This document shows, piece after piece, positions 39,017-48,559 of a stretch of 64,000 nucleotides of DNA. The stretch lies in NCBI GenBank assembly GCA_044237775.1, contig JBIIEO010000003.1, forward strand, positions 34,100 to 98,099, given 5' to 3'. Both the position numbers and the translations under genes were made by a program. The notes below the pieces were generated by a model. The model saw nothing but the letters and a program-made list of their open reading frames with translations. It was not told the origin of the DNA and did not search any database. Position 1 is the first letter of the stretch, and every line of letters begins with the position of its first letter. The stretch is from Ilumatobacteraceae bacterium (GTDB lineage Bacteria > Actinomycetota > Acidimicrobiia > Acidimicrobiales > Ilumatobacteraceae).

Positions 39017-39985
39017 ATGATCGCCGTGCTTGCAGGAGGTGTCGGGGCCGCGCGCTACTTGCGCGGACTGCTCGGCGCGGTCGACCCATCGCATGTCACC
39101 GCCATCGTCAATACCGGCGACGACACGGTGTTACACGGCCTGCACATCTCGCCCGACATCGACACGGTGACCTACACCCTCGCCGGCGCAATCGATCCCG
39201 AACGCGGTTGGGGCTTGCGCAACGAAACGTGGACGGCGATGGCAGCCCTCGATCGATACGCGCACATCCGACCGACCGGTTCGAGCGCCGCACCGACGTG
39301 GTTCAACCTCGGCGACAACGACTTGGCAACGCACTTCTACCGAACCGCACGCCTCGCCGAAGGTGCCACGATGTCAAGCGTTACTGACGAGATCGCGCGA
39401 GCGTGGAATGTGCCCATTGCGCTCCTTCCGATGACAAACCAACCGGTACGCACCATGGTGACTGTTGCTGATGACTGCGCGGCGGGCCCCACCGGCACCG
39501 AGATCTCCTTTCAGGAATATTTCGTTCGCCATCGCCATGCGATTCGCGTCGCAGCCATTCGTTTCGACGGTGCCGCTGACGCCGAGCCGCTCGGCCTCGA
39601 TGTGCTGTCATCGGCCGACCACATCGTGATTGCCCCGTCGAACCCACTTGTGTCGATCGGCCCGTTGCGCGCATTGCCTGGCATCGATGAGATGCTGGCG
39701 CACCGTCGCGATCACGTCGTGGCGGTGTCGCCAATTGTTGCCGGAGCCGCGTTGAAGGGGCCCGCCGATCGCCTCATGAGCGAACTCGGCCACGAGCCGT
39801 CCGTCGTCGGCGTCGCCGACCTCTATGCGCCAATTTGTGGCACGTTGGTGATTGATCATGCCGACGCACAACACGCGGAGGCCATTCGCGACCGCGGAAT
39901 GCGCTGCGTCGTTACCGACACGATCATGCGCACACCAGCCATTGCCACCGAGCTTGCCCGCCTGACGATTGGTGCGCGCGCATGA
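39017..39985 (+). CDS. cofD: 2-phospho-L-lactate transferase (F420 biosynthesis, FbiA/CofD)
   Basis: MIAVLAGGVGAARYLRGL...VNTGDD...HGL.ISPD.DT..YTL, typical CofD. Confidence 0.9.
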   Translation: MIAVLAGGVGAARYLRGLLGAVDPSHVTAIVNTGDDTVLHGLHISPDIDTVTYTLAGAIDPERGWGLRNETWTAMAALDRYAHIRPTGSSAAPTWFNLGDNDLATHFYRTARLAEGATMSSVTDEIARAWNVPIALLPMTNQPVRTMVTVADDCAAGPTGTEISFQEYFVRHRHAIRVAAIRFDGAADAEPLGLDVLSSADHIVIAPSNPLVSIGPLRALPGIDEMLAHRRDHVVAVSPIVAGAALKGPADRLMSELGHEPSVVGVADLYAPICGTLVIDHADAQHAEAIRDRGMRCVVTDTIMRTPAIATELARLTIGARA

Positions 39986-40695
39986 ATCGTCTCACCACAT
40001 GGGGCGTCACCGGCATCGGCGAAGTGCGGCCGGGCGATCAAGTTGGCGACATCGTGGTGGCGTCCTGCAGTGCCGAGCCGAACGGCCCGTTGCACGACCT
40101 CGACGTGGTGGTCGTCACGCAAAAGATTGTTTCCAAGGCTGAAGGTCGCCTCGTGGAGGTCGACCCCGACGATCCCCTCAGCCACAAGAAGCTGGTGGAG
40201 CAGGAAGCCGTACGCGTCTTGCGACGCCGTGGCGACCTCATCATCACCGAGACGAAACACGGCTTTATTTGTGCCAACAGCGGTATCGATCTGTCGAACG
40301 TGGAGCGCGGGCAGGCAGCGCTCCTCCCGCTCGACAGTGATCGCTCCGCTCGGCGTATCCGCGACATCGTGAAGGCCAAACTCGGCGTCACGATCGGCGT
40401 AATCGTCAGCGACACCTTCGGACGTCCATGGCGCATGGGTCTCACCGACGTGGCCATCGGTGTTGCCGGCATTGCCGCGGTCGTCGATCTGCGCGGCACT
40501 CCCGATGCGCTCGGTCGCACAATGCAGGTCACCGAGGTGTGCGTCGCTGACGAACTCGCCAGCACCGCAGAACTCGTCATGGGCAAGTCTTCGGGCATTC
40601 CAATTGCGATTGTGCGTGGTGCAGATCCGTCGTGGTTCCGCGAATCGTCGATGAAAGAAATCGTGCGCCCGGCCCGCGAGGACCTCTTCCGTTAG
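39982..40695 (+). CDS. cofE: Coenzyme F420-0:L-glutamate ligase (single-domain CofE)
   Basis: 237 aa. VVVTQKIVSKAEGR, GFICANSGID.SN, DTFGRPWR.G..DVAIG. 4-nt overlap with cofD. The gene ends without the nitroreductase-like C-terminal domain of mycobacterial FbiB. Confidence 0.9.
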   Translation: MNRLTTWGVTGIGEVRPGDQVGDIVVASCSAEPNGPLHDLDVVVVTQKIVSKAEGRLVEVDPDDPLSHKKLVEQEAVRVLRRRGDLIITETKHGFICANSGIDLSNVERGQAALLPLDSDRSARRIRDIVKAKLGVTIGVIVSDTFGRPWRMGLTDVAIGVAGIAAVVDLRGTPDALGRTMQVTEVCVADELASTAELVMGKSSGIPIAIVRGADPSWFRESSMKEIVRPAREDLFR

Positions 40696-41663
40696 TCGCC
40701 GTCGCGTAACTCACTCGGCATACGCAAGAACAGATCGCGAAAGACCGCGAGCCCGTCGTCGAGACTCGTCCACGGTGTCCAACCCAACTGAATTTTGGCC
40801 CGCACCGGCGACACGGCGAGACGCTGCACATCACCGTGCCGCGACTCGCTCTTGCGTGCGCGACGCCCCGTGCCGGCCGCGATGCGCTTCCACAACTCTT
40901 CGATCGATGTTTGCACACCCGTTCCCACGTTGATCGTGAGTCCGCCGCCGCGATTCATGGCCCGCGCGAGCGCATCCACAACATCATCGACGTACACGAA
41001 GTCACGAGTTTGCTTACCACTGCCAAAGATCTCAGCATCCTGACGCCGGATGACGGCAGAGGCGAATGCCGCGACTACCCCGTCCTGTGGACGCTGACGC
41101 AGTCCGTACACGTTGCTCGTTGCGAGCACGCTGAACTCCACCGCATGTGCCTCTCGGTACACCGTCATCACGTCAACGATTGAGCGCATGATCACTTGCG
41201 GCACGTCGGCGTTTGCGGCCGCGCGTCCCTCCTTGACAGGAAGATGTTTCACCTCTACCTCGCCGTACATCAGCGCCGCGGGCAGACATAGCACCACCTT
41301 GCCCACCGCATATTGCTGCGCAGCCTCTAGCGCTGACATCAACACCGTGAGCGACCGCAACACGTCACCCATCTCGGTTGCAGACGGCGGCATCACCGCG
41401 AGGTGATAGATGACTGCGGGTTTACGCAATCCAACGAGTTCCCCGAATTCGAGTGCAGTGACATCAAGATGATGAAACCGCAAGTCGCCACCAATTCCAC
41501 GGGCATCGCTCAAATTGGCCAGCGATCCCGACGACAAGTCGTCCACCACGTCCACCTGATGGCCTTCGACCAACAATCGTTCAACCAGATGCGAACCAAT
41601 GAACCCCGCGCCACCACAGACCATCACCGGCCCGTTGTGCGTGGTCGATGCGCCGCGACCCAT
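40692..41663 (-). CDS. NAD-dependent sugar-nucleotide epimerase/dehydratase (SDR family)
   Basis: VMVCGGAGFIGSHLVERLL..GH.V.VVDDLS.G Rossmann N-terminus. Start ATG 41663 lies 2 nt after the manC-like stop. Confidence 0.8.
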   Translation of the reverse strand: MGRGASTTHNGPVMVCGGAGFIGSHLVERLLVEGHQVDVVDDLSSGSLANLSDARGIGGDLRFHHLDVTALEFGELVGLRKPAVIYHLAVMPPSATEMGDVLRSLTVLMSALEAAQQYAVGKVVLCLPAALMYGEVEVKHLPVKEGRAAANADVPQVIMRSIVDVMTVYREAHAVEFSVLATSNVYGLRQRPQDGVVAAFASAVIRRQDAEIFGSGKQTRDFVYVDDVVDALARAMNRGGGLTINVGTGVQTSIEELWKRIAAGTGRRARKSESRHGDVQRLAVSPVRAKIQLGWTPWTSLDDGLAVFRDLFLRMPSELRDGD

Positions 41664-41665
41664 CG

Positions 41666-42658
41666 CTACTGCTTGTCGTGCAGGGGAATACGCGCGCCAA
41701 CACATGTTGAGCCAGCCGCGACAACTCCATCGCGGCCGACCACTGACTCACTCACCGCCGCTTCGGATTCCACCGTGCCCATGACAATCGATCCTGACAC
41801 CGTGGCGCCCGCGCCGATGACCGCTCCCGCCAACACGACCGAATGCTCCACCACGGCGCCAGCCTCGATGACAGCACCCTCCTCGACAACGACATGCGAT
41901 ACACGCGCGCTCGCGTCCACCCGCGCACCGCGCGCAACCGCAGCCTCGGGGTTCAGCGACGCCGCACGGAGATTCACTGCGAGATACGTCTCAGGCCGTC
42001 CCGCATCGATCCAGTAGTCGTTGGTCGACATCGCATACAGCCCCCCGTCGGCGACGATACATGGAAACACTTCGCGTTCGATCGACTGTTTCGTTGTTCC
42101 AGGCATGCGCTCAAGTGTGCGAGGCTCCATCACATAGGTCCCCGCGCTGGCGTTGCGGCTCGAAGTTTCGCCCGGCTCCGGCTTTTCGACGAAACGCAGC
42201 ACCTTGCCATCCGCCGCAGTCTCCACAATGCCGAACTGGCTCGGATCATTGACGGGGGTGAGCGAGATTGTCGCCTCCGCGCTGCGATCGCGATGAAATG
42301 CAATGAGCGAGCTCACATCGAGGTCGGTCATGACATCGCCGTTGGCGACAATAAACGTGGACTCGATTCCCGCCTGACGAGCGGCAAATCCGATCGCGCC
42401 CGCAGTATCGAGTGGCGAATCCTCGACGGCATAGACAAGCCGCACACCTGCACATACGTCGCCGGGAAACGCACTGAAGAACGGTTCGGGATTGAATCCG
42501 AGCGCGAGCACCGCGTCGGTCACTCCCGCACGAGCCAGTGATCCCAGCAGATGTTCGAGCATCGGCTTGTGCAAAATGGGCAACAACGGCTTCGGCGTCG
42601 TCAGCGTCAGCGGCCTCAGCCGAGTCCCGAATCCCCCGACCAGCACGACTGCGTGCAT
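41666..42658 (-). CDS. manC: Mannose-1-phosphate guanylyltransferase-type NDP-sugar pyrophosphorylase
   Basis: MHAVVLVGGFGTRLRPLT...PKPLLP, FVEKP, and a C-terminal left-handed beta-helix repeat region. Start at ATG 42658. Confidence 0.85.
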   Translation of the reverse strand: MHAVVLVGGFGTRLRPLTLTTPKPLLPILHKPMLEHLLGSLARAGVTDAVLALGFNPEPFFSAFPGDVCAGVRLVYAVEDSPLDTAGAIGFAARQAGIESTFIVANGDVMTDLDVSSLIAFHRDRSAEATISLTPVNDPSQFGIVETAADGKVLRFVEKPEPGETSSRNASAGTYVMEPRTLERMPGTTKQSIEREVFPCIVADGGLYAMSTNDYWIDAGRPETYLAVNLRAASLNPEAAVARGARVDASARVSHVVVEEGAVIEAGAVVEHSVVLAGAVIGAGATVSGSIVMGTVESEAAVSESVVGRDGVVAAGSTCVGARIPLHDKQ

Positions 42659-42668
42659 CGGGTGAGTA

Positions 42669-43337
42669 CTACCCCTGGCGGGTAATCGTCGAGAGCAACT
42701 CGACCGAGTCAGGCTGCGGCACGTCGGTGCCACTTGCCGTGAACGCAAGCACGATCGCCATGTTGTCGTCGGTCAGACGCACACCATCGAAACTCGCGAT
42801 CGACACCTTCGAGTCGGCGTCATTAAATGCGTCCTTCCACGACACCACGCTGACCGTTGCTGGCTCGTCGCCACACGTGGTGTCTGCTTCGGTAATCGTC
42901 TCGCCGCCATTCACCGCAGCAGGGAAAGTGATCTCGGTATCAGTGACGGTCAGGCCGTACAACTCGAAGATGGTGCCCAACTTGGCCTTGCGCTCGCCGG
43001 CGAGGATCTGGGGCTTCCACAACACAAGGCCATCGCCTGCGATGTACGCCGGCTCATCAGTATCGAAGTTGGCCAAGTCGTCCGGGCCGACAGGAAAGCC
43101 CGTAACAAAGGTGTCGCAGTAGTACACGCCAAACGACAACGCGTATTCCTGATCGGCGGTCACCGATGCATCCACCGGCGGCGCGGCCTGGCGCGCGTAG
43201 GCAACAAGCATCGAGCCGAGAATGACAACTGCCAGTACGACGGTTGGGAACACTGATCCGCCCTGGAAGCGGACCTTCTTTCCCTTGCCCTTCTGGGCAA
43301 GTCGGGAGATCTTGTGGGCGGAAGATGAACGAGCCAC
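42669..43337 (-). CDS. Membrane-anchored hypothetical protein
   Basis: 222 aa. Basic N-terminus (KGKGKKVRFQ), one TM (VFPTVVLAVVILGSMLVAY), then an acidic soluble domain. No motif recognised. Confidence 0.5.
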   Translation of the reverse strand: MARSSSAHKISRLAQKGKGKKVRFQGGSVFPTVVLAVVILGSMLVAYARQAAPPVDASVTADQEYALSFGVYYCDTFVTGFPVGPDDLANFDTDEPAYIAGDGLVLWKPQILAGERKAKLGTIFELYGLTVTDTEITFPAAVNGGETITEADTTCGDEPATVSVVSWKDAFNDADSKVSIASFDGVRLTDDNMAIVLAFTASGTDVPQPDSVELLSTITRQG

Positions 43338-43349
43338 GGGAACGACAGG

Positions 43350-44588
43350 CTATCGGTCGGTCGTGAACAACGACTCATAGCGCGCGGCCACTGCCGCGGG
43401 CGAGACGTGGCGCACCACCCATTGGCGGCCGGCGAGACCCATTGTGCGCAACGTGTCGGGGTCGGCCACCATCGCGCCAAGCGCGTCAACAAATGCGTTC
43501 GCATCGTCGGGGGCGACGGCAATACCGGCGCCACTGGCGGCAAGGATGCGTGGGACTTCGGTACCGGGATCGATCGCGGCCAGAATCGGTCGCCCAGCGG
43601 CCAAAATCGAATACGTCTTGGATGGCACGCTCACCCGCGCGAGGCCTGCACGCAACGGCACGACGTGGACATCGCCCGCCGCGAGGACCTCAGGTAGCCG
43701 CTCGATCGACTGATACCCGACGAAGTGCACATTCGACAGGTCACTCGCCTGCGCACGAAGACTCGCCAGCGCCGACCCGTCACCGTTGATAACGAACTGC
43801 ACGTCCGGATATCGGCGCGCAGCAGCCAGCACCAATTCGAGGGATTGTGAGAACCCGACGTTGCCTGCATACATGACCACCAGCTCATCGCCGATTCCCA
43901 ATTCATCGCGATATGTGTTGCGCCGATCAACGGGTTGAATCGCATCGGCGTCGACAAAGTTTGGGATAACGCACGCCTTGTGGCGGTGCTTCGCCGCGAC
44001 CTTTGCGCGGATATTGTCGGCAAGGTCGTCCGATAGCAACACCACGTCATCGGCACGGTGATAGCTCATGCGCTCGAGCCAACGCGCGGCAGCAATGATG
44101 CGGCGATTCGTTATTGCACCCGTCTGCAGCGCCGCATCCGGAAACACATCCTGAATGTTGAACACCAATCGTCCGCCGCGTAGTAGCCGAATGAGCCAAC
44201 CCGTGATGCCGAGCGTGAGTGGCGGCGACATTGCCAACACGCCATCGATGCGACGGCCAGGGCCGGCGAATGCGCCACGCAACCCGACAAGCACACTGAA
44301 TAGTGCAAACCCGATTGCCCGACGCAGCACGTTGCGTTTCGACTTTCCAGGAAATGGGTGCACACGGGTGATAGTCCCCCACGCGGTGTGCTCCGTGCTC
44401 CACAGTCGACCCGACCAGCCTGGTTCTATCGCGTGGTCGCGATACCACGGCAACGCAGTGACGACATGCAACTCGTGACCACGTGCTGCGAGTTCGTCAA
44501 CAATGCGCGTCATTACCACGCCCGTCGGAGCAATGTCGGGGGCAAAGTGTGGACACAACACCACAAGACGTAGTGGCGCGTTGGTCAT
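43350..44588 (-). CDS. Glycosyltransferase, GT-B fold (GT4, WcaI-like)
   Basis: MTNAPLRLVVLCPHFAPD.APTG......ELA.RGHE.HV. C-terminal EGF-type motif region. The ATG overlaps the upstream GT stop (ATGA). Confidence 0.85.
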   Translation of the reverse strand: MTNAPLRLVVLCPHFAPDIAPTGVVMTRIVDELAARGHELHVVTALPWYRDHAIEPGWSGRLWSTEHTAWGTITRVHPFPGKSKRNVLRRAIGFALFSVLVGLRGAFAGPGRRIDGVLAMSPPLTLGITGWLIRLLRGGRLVFNIQDVFPDAALQTGAITNRRIIAAARWLERMSYHRADDVVLLSDDLADNIRAKVAAKHRHKACVIPNFVDADAIQPVDRRNTYRDELGIGDELVVMYAGNVGFSQSLELVLAAARRYPDVQFVINGDGSALASLRAQASDLSNVHFVGYQSIERLPEVLAAGDVHVVPLRAGLARVSVPSKTYSILAAGRPILAAIDPGTEVPRILAASGAGIAVAPDDANAFVDALGAMVADPDTLRTMGLAGRQWVVRHVSPAAVAARYESLFTTDR

Positions 44589-45712
44589 TGCTGCTTCCGA
44601 TTCAGTGCGGCGTCGTAAGCCCCACACAAATCACGTGCAGATTCGCGATTGGTGTAGCCGGAGGCGTGAGCGTGTCCCCGCTGCACCCACTGGTCGCGCT
44701 CGTTACGCATGCGCTGCGGCGCGGCCGCCCACGCCTCGCGCGTGAGTGGTAAGGCGAGTCCTGCATCGCCCACCACTTCGGCAAGCGCGGTTTCATTGCT
44801 CGCAATCACCGGCGTACCCAACGCCATGGCCTCGATGATCGGTGCACCAAACCCCTCGTACCGACTTGGGAAGACGAGCGCATCGGCGAGGGCAATCAGT
44901 CCGTCTCGATCGTGAGCGTCAACACGCCCAATACGGCGAATGCGGTGCGCAACACCCAACTCGCGCGCGCGAGTCATGACGCGCTCCTCTGCACGACCCT
45001 CTCCCCCGGCAAACACCACGACGAAGTCTTCATCGCGCCATTCGTGAGCCAGCAATTCGAGAAGAAACTCGTGGTTCTTGTGTGGATGCGTCATCGCGGG
45101 AAACACCAACACCGGGGAATTTCCCAGGTCGAAGCGCGTTCGCAGTTGCGACTCGTGGGTGGCGTTCGCACCAAGACTTGCCTCAATGCCGTGACGAACC
45201 ACATGCACCGACGCCCGCGACACGCCAAAGGCGCTCACCAATGAGTCGCCGACATAACGCGACGGCACCGCTACGCAGGTTGCGCGCCTCACCGACGCAG
45301 GCACACGACTGCGCAGATACCGCAACTTGAGCGGACTGAAGTAGTCGGGATACGTCAGATACTGCACATCGTGAACGGTGAGCACGGTGGTGTCGTTCCC
45401 GCGCGTGGGCAAGGTGCCACCACCGTGATGTACAACTTCAAATGTGCGTGTGTGTCGAGCGAGCCACGTGTTTTCTGCCAACACGCGCTGCGCCCTGCGG
45501 CGTGCATCAGTGCGCGCCTCGACAATGGGCATCGCCGCAGCCAACGCGGGATGCGCTGCAGCAAACCCCCGCGGCGCAAAGATCGTCAGGTCATACGGCG
45601 CGTCGATTGCGGCCATGCCGAGCAGTTGGCGCACGAGATACTCCTCGCTCCCACCCACCTCGCCCGGCACACACCACAGCAGATTGATCGCAACGCGCGG
45701 CGTAGCGCTCAT
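44585..45712 (-). CDS. Glycosyltransferase, GT-B fold (GT4)
   Basis: C-terminal ...LVFPSRYEGFGAPIIEAMALGTPVIAS (E-x7-E motif). The ATG overlaps the upstream GT stop (ATGA). Confidence 0.85.
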   Translation of the reverse strand: MSATPRVAINLLWCVPGEVGGSEEYLVRQLLGMAAIDAPYDLTIFAPRGFAAAHPALAAAMPIVEARTDARRRAQRVLAENTWLARHTRTFEVVHHGGGTLPTRGNDTTVLTVHDVQYLTYPDYFSPLKLRYLRSRVPASVRRATCVAVPSRYVGDSLVSAFGVSRASVHVVRHGIEASLGANATHESQLRTRFDLGNSPVLVFPAMTHPHKNHEFLLELLAHEWRDEDFVVVFAGGEGRAEERVMTRARELGVAHRIRRIGRVDAHDRDGLIALADALVFPSRYEGFGAPIIEAMALGTPVIASNETALAEVVGDAGLALPLTREAWAAAPQRMRNERDQWVQRGHAHASGYTNRESARDLCGAYDAALNRKQQ

Positions 45713-46791
45713 GCTTCGAGTACCTCGTCGTAAGCAGATGCGGTTAACGCCGCAGCTCGCTCCCACGTCATGACTTGTGCGCGTGCACGGCCGAGTGCGC
45801 CATAGCGATCGGCGTTGGCCAGCGCGCGAGCAATGCCATCAGCGATGGAGTTCTCGTCCAACGGATCCACGAGCACTGCGGCGCCTCCGGCCACTTCTGC
45901 AGTCGAGGTCGTCGCGCTCGTCACCACCGGCGTCGACTGCACCATGGCCTCGAGCACGGGCAAACCAAACCCCTCACGAATCGAGGGATACACCAGTGCT
46001 GCTGCCGCTTTATACAGCGCGTGCAACGACATGTCGTCGACGTGGCCCACAAATCTGACACGTTCAGAGGGCGCCACCTGCAAGTCTCCCCATCCGTCAG
46101 CGCCAGCAATTACCAAGGGCGGCAAGTCACTGTGCGTGGCGTGTGCGCGCACCAACCGCGCCAAGTTCTTCCGGGGCTCGAGCGTGCCGACAAACAACAG
46201 GAACTCATTCGGCAATGACATCTCTCGTCGTACTCGCTGTACCGCGGCGTCGTCCACGGTCACATGACGCACTCCAAGCGGTACATGGCGCAAGCGATCT
46301 GCAGAAAATCCAATCTCGCGACAATCATCGTACGTTGCCTGCGAACTGCACAGCACCACGTCGGCGCGCTTACGCAGTGCCGAAAGACTGCGCCGAAACA
46401 CCGCGTTACCTCGTCGCGTAAAAAATTCAGGATGATGCAAGAACGCCACGTCATGAATGGTGGCGACCAACTTGCGTCGCGTCGCAAACGGAATAATCGT
46501 CGTGCAGTGCACCACCTGGGCCTCTGGCCACACCGATTCGACGCGCGGCCATCGCAGGCGCAGCGACGTCTCATAGAGCAGTGGGCCGGCAACAGGCAAT
46601 CCGGCGACATCCATCGATACGTCGAAGTCCACCGCGGGATCTTCGTCATGTCGCCCCGACACGCCCAACAACTGCACGTCCCGCCGAACGTGTGGCATTG
46701 CGCGAGCAACTTCCAATGCAGCGGTTGCCGTGCCACCGGGCACGCGGTGCCAGCACTGCTCAAGGGTGTAGGCAACCCGCACGACCTCCAT
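45709..46791 (-). CDS. Glycosyltransferase, GT-B fold (GT4)
   Basis: C-terminal ...LVYPSIREGFGLPVLEAMVQSTPVVTS. First gene of a three-GT string. Confidence 0.85.
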   Translation of the reverse strand: MEVVRVAYTLEQCWHRVPGGTATAALEVARAMPHVRRDVQLLGVSGRHDEDPAVDFDVSMDVAGLPVAGPLLYETSLRLRWPRVESVWPEAQVVHCTTIIPFATRRKLVATIHDVAFLHHPEFFTRRGNAVFRRSLSALRKRADVVLCSSQATYDDCREIGFSADRLRHVPLGVRHVTVDDAAVQRVRREMSLPNEFLLFVGTLEPRKNLARLVRAHATHSDLPPLVIAGADGWGDLQVAPSERVRFVGHVDDMSLHALYKAAAALVYPSIREGFGLPVLEAMVQSTPVVTSATTSTAEVAGGAAVLVDPLDENSIADGIARALANADRYGALGRARAQVMTWERAAALTASAYDEVLEA

Positions 46792-46817
46792 TGTGCCAAC
46801 TCAGTATCGTTCTACGC

Positions 46818-47792
46818 ATGACATCGACTACCAATGGGTCGTTCTGGAGTGGACGCACCGTAGTCGTCACCGGCGGGAATGGATTTCTCGGCTCCAAAGT
46901 TGTGGCCGCGTTTCGTCGCAAAGGGGCACAGGTCGTTGCGCCCCGCCACGTCGAAGCCGACCTCACACAGCCTGGCATCGCGGAAGAGTTGTTTCGCAGC
47001 CATCAGCCATCGCATGTCGTGCACCTCGCCGCACGCGTTGGTGGTATTGGATACAACCAAGTAGCGCCTGCACAGCTGTATCTCGACAATCTGATGATGG
47101 GCACACTGACCATCGAAGCGGCACGCGCGGCCGGCGTCGACAAGACGGTGATTCTCGGCACGGTGTGCTCGTATCCCAAGTTCACGCCGGTGCCCTTCCG
47201 CGAGGAATCGATCTGGGACGGCTACCCCGAGGAGACCAACGCGCCGTACGGTATTGCCAAGAAGGCACTCCTCGTGCACGCACAAGTCAACGCCGCTCAG
47301 TACGGACAGAAGTTTGCCTTCGTCATTCCGACCAATCTCTACGGACCAGGTGACAAATTCCACGAGTCGGTCTCCCACGTCATTCCCGCACTCATCAAGA
47401 AGTGCGTGGAGGCAAAAGAACGCGGCGAAGACAAGGTGCATGTGTGGGGAACCGGCACCGCGAGCCGCGACTACTTGTATGCAGACGATGCGGCGGAGGC
47501 AATCGTGTTGGCCGCAGAGGTGCACGAATCAACGGAACCCATCAACCTTGGCAACAACCGCGAGGTCACCATTCGCGAGACTGCTGAGACCATCGCGCGT
47601 GTCGTGGGTTTCACGGGCGAGTTGGTGTGGGACCCCTCGCGCCCCGATGGACAACCGCGCCGTCGCGTAGATGCGAGTCGCGCGGAGCGCGAACTGGGAT
47701 GGCACGCTCACACAACGTTCGAAGACGGTATGCGCCGCACGGTCGAGTGGTACCTGGCCAACCGCGATGAAGCAGAACAGGCGCCGGCCTAA
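46818..47792 (+). CDS. fcl: GDP-L-fucose synthase (GDP-4-keto-6-deoxy-D-mannose 3,5-epimerase/4-reductase)
   Basis: From ATG 46818: ...VVVTGGNGFLGS, HLAARVGGI, C.YPK, APYGIAKK (YxxxK), PTNLYGPGD, G.G...RD.LY.DD. The track's longer N-terminus overlaps the divergent GT gene. Confidence 0.9.
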   Translation: MTSTTNGSFWSGRTVVVTGGNGFLGSKVVAAFRRKGAQVVAPRHVEADLTQPGIAEELFRSHQPSHVVHLAARVGGIGYNQVAPAQLYLDNLMMGTLTIEAARAAGVDKTVILGTVCSYPKFTPVPFREESIWDGYPEETNAPYGIAKKALLVHAQVNAAQYGQKFAFVIPTNLYGPGDKFHESVSHVIPALIKKCVEAKERGEDKVHVWGTGTASRDYLYADDAAEAIVLAAEVHESTEPINLGNNREVTIRETAETIARVVGFTGELVWDPSRPDGQPRRRVDASRAERELGWHAHTTFEDGMRRTVEWYLANRDEAEQAPA

Positions 47793-47798
47793 ACACGC

Positions 47799-48548
47799 GT
47801 GAGTCTTCCTCCCCCACAACTTCCCCCGCCTCCACCTCCGCGGGCCCAGACACGACGCAGGATCACGCGTCGGCCCGCGGGTCGTCGTTCACGATCCACA
47901 AGCCCGTATCCCGTCACCAACGCACTGATCGCCATCAATGTGGGCATCTTCGTGTGGGAACTCCTGATGAACATCGGCGCGCGTGGCTTCAGTCAAGATC
48001 TCTCTGAAATTCAGTACCGAATGGTCATCTCGCAGCAGTTCATTGATGACGGCGAGTGGTACCGCCTGCTGTCGGCCGGTTTTATTCACTTCGGTCTCTT
48101 TCACGTAGCAATGAACATGTTGCTGCTGTACCAACTCGGTCGCCTGCTCGAACCCGCCGTTGGCTCGCTCACGTTCGGACTCGTCTACTTCGCATCGCTG
48201 CTCGGTGGATCCGCGGGCGCACTCGTGGCCAGCCCCGACGCGCTCACCGGCGGCGCCTCGGGAGCGGTGTTTGGCCTGATGGCAGCAGGGGTCGTTGGCC
48301 TGCGCCAGCGCGGCGTCAACCCGATGCAAACGGGCCTCGGTCTGACGTTTGTCATCAATCTGCTGTTCACATTGGCCATTCCCGGTGTCTCCATCGGCGG
48401 CCACTTCGGCGGCGCACTTGCCGGTGCCCTCTGCGGATCGGTGGCGCTCGCCCCGGCGCGGTGGCGACTACCGGCATGGAGCGCAAACGCGGCTGCCGTC
48501 GTCGTTGGGCTTCTTGCCGTCGTCATCGCCGCCACACCCCGCCTGTAA
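47799..48548 (+). CDS. Rhomboid-family intramembrane serine protease
   Basis: GFIHFGLFHVAMNM (HxxxN), catalytic GASGAVFG, later GGHFGG. GTG start 6 nt after the fcl stop. Confidence 0.85.
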   Translation: MSLPPPQLPPPPPPRAQTRRRITRRPAGRRSRSTSPYPVTNALIAINVGIFVWELLMNIGARGFSQDLSEIQYRMVISQQFIDDGEWYRLLSAGFIHFGLFHVAMNMLLLYQLGRLLEPAVGSLTFGLVYFASLLGGSAGALVASPDALTGGASGAVFGLMAAGVVGLRQRGVNPMQTGLGLTFVINLLFTLAIPGVSIGGHFGGALAGALCGSVALAPARWRLPAWSANAAAVVVGLLAVVIAATPRL

Positions 48549-48559
48549 ATACTCGGGCA

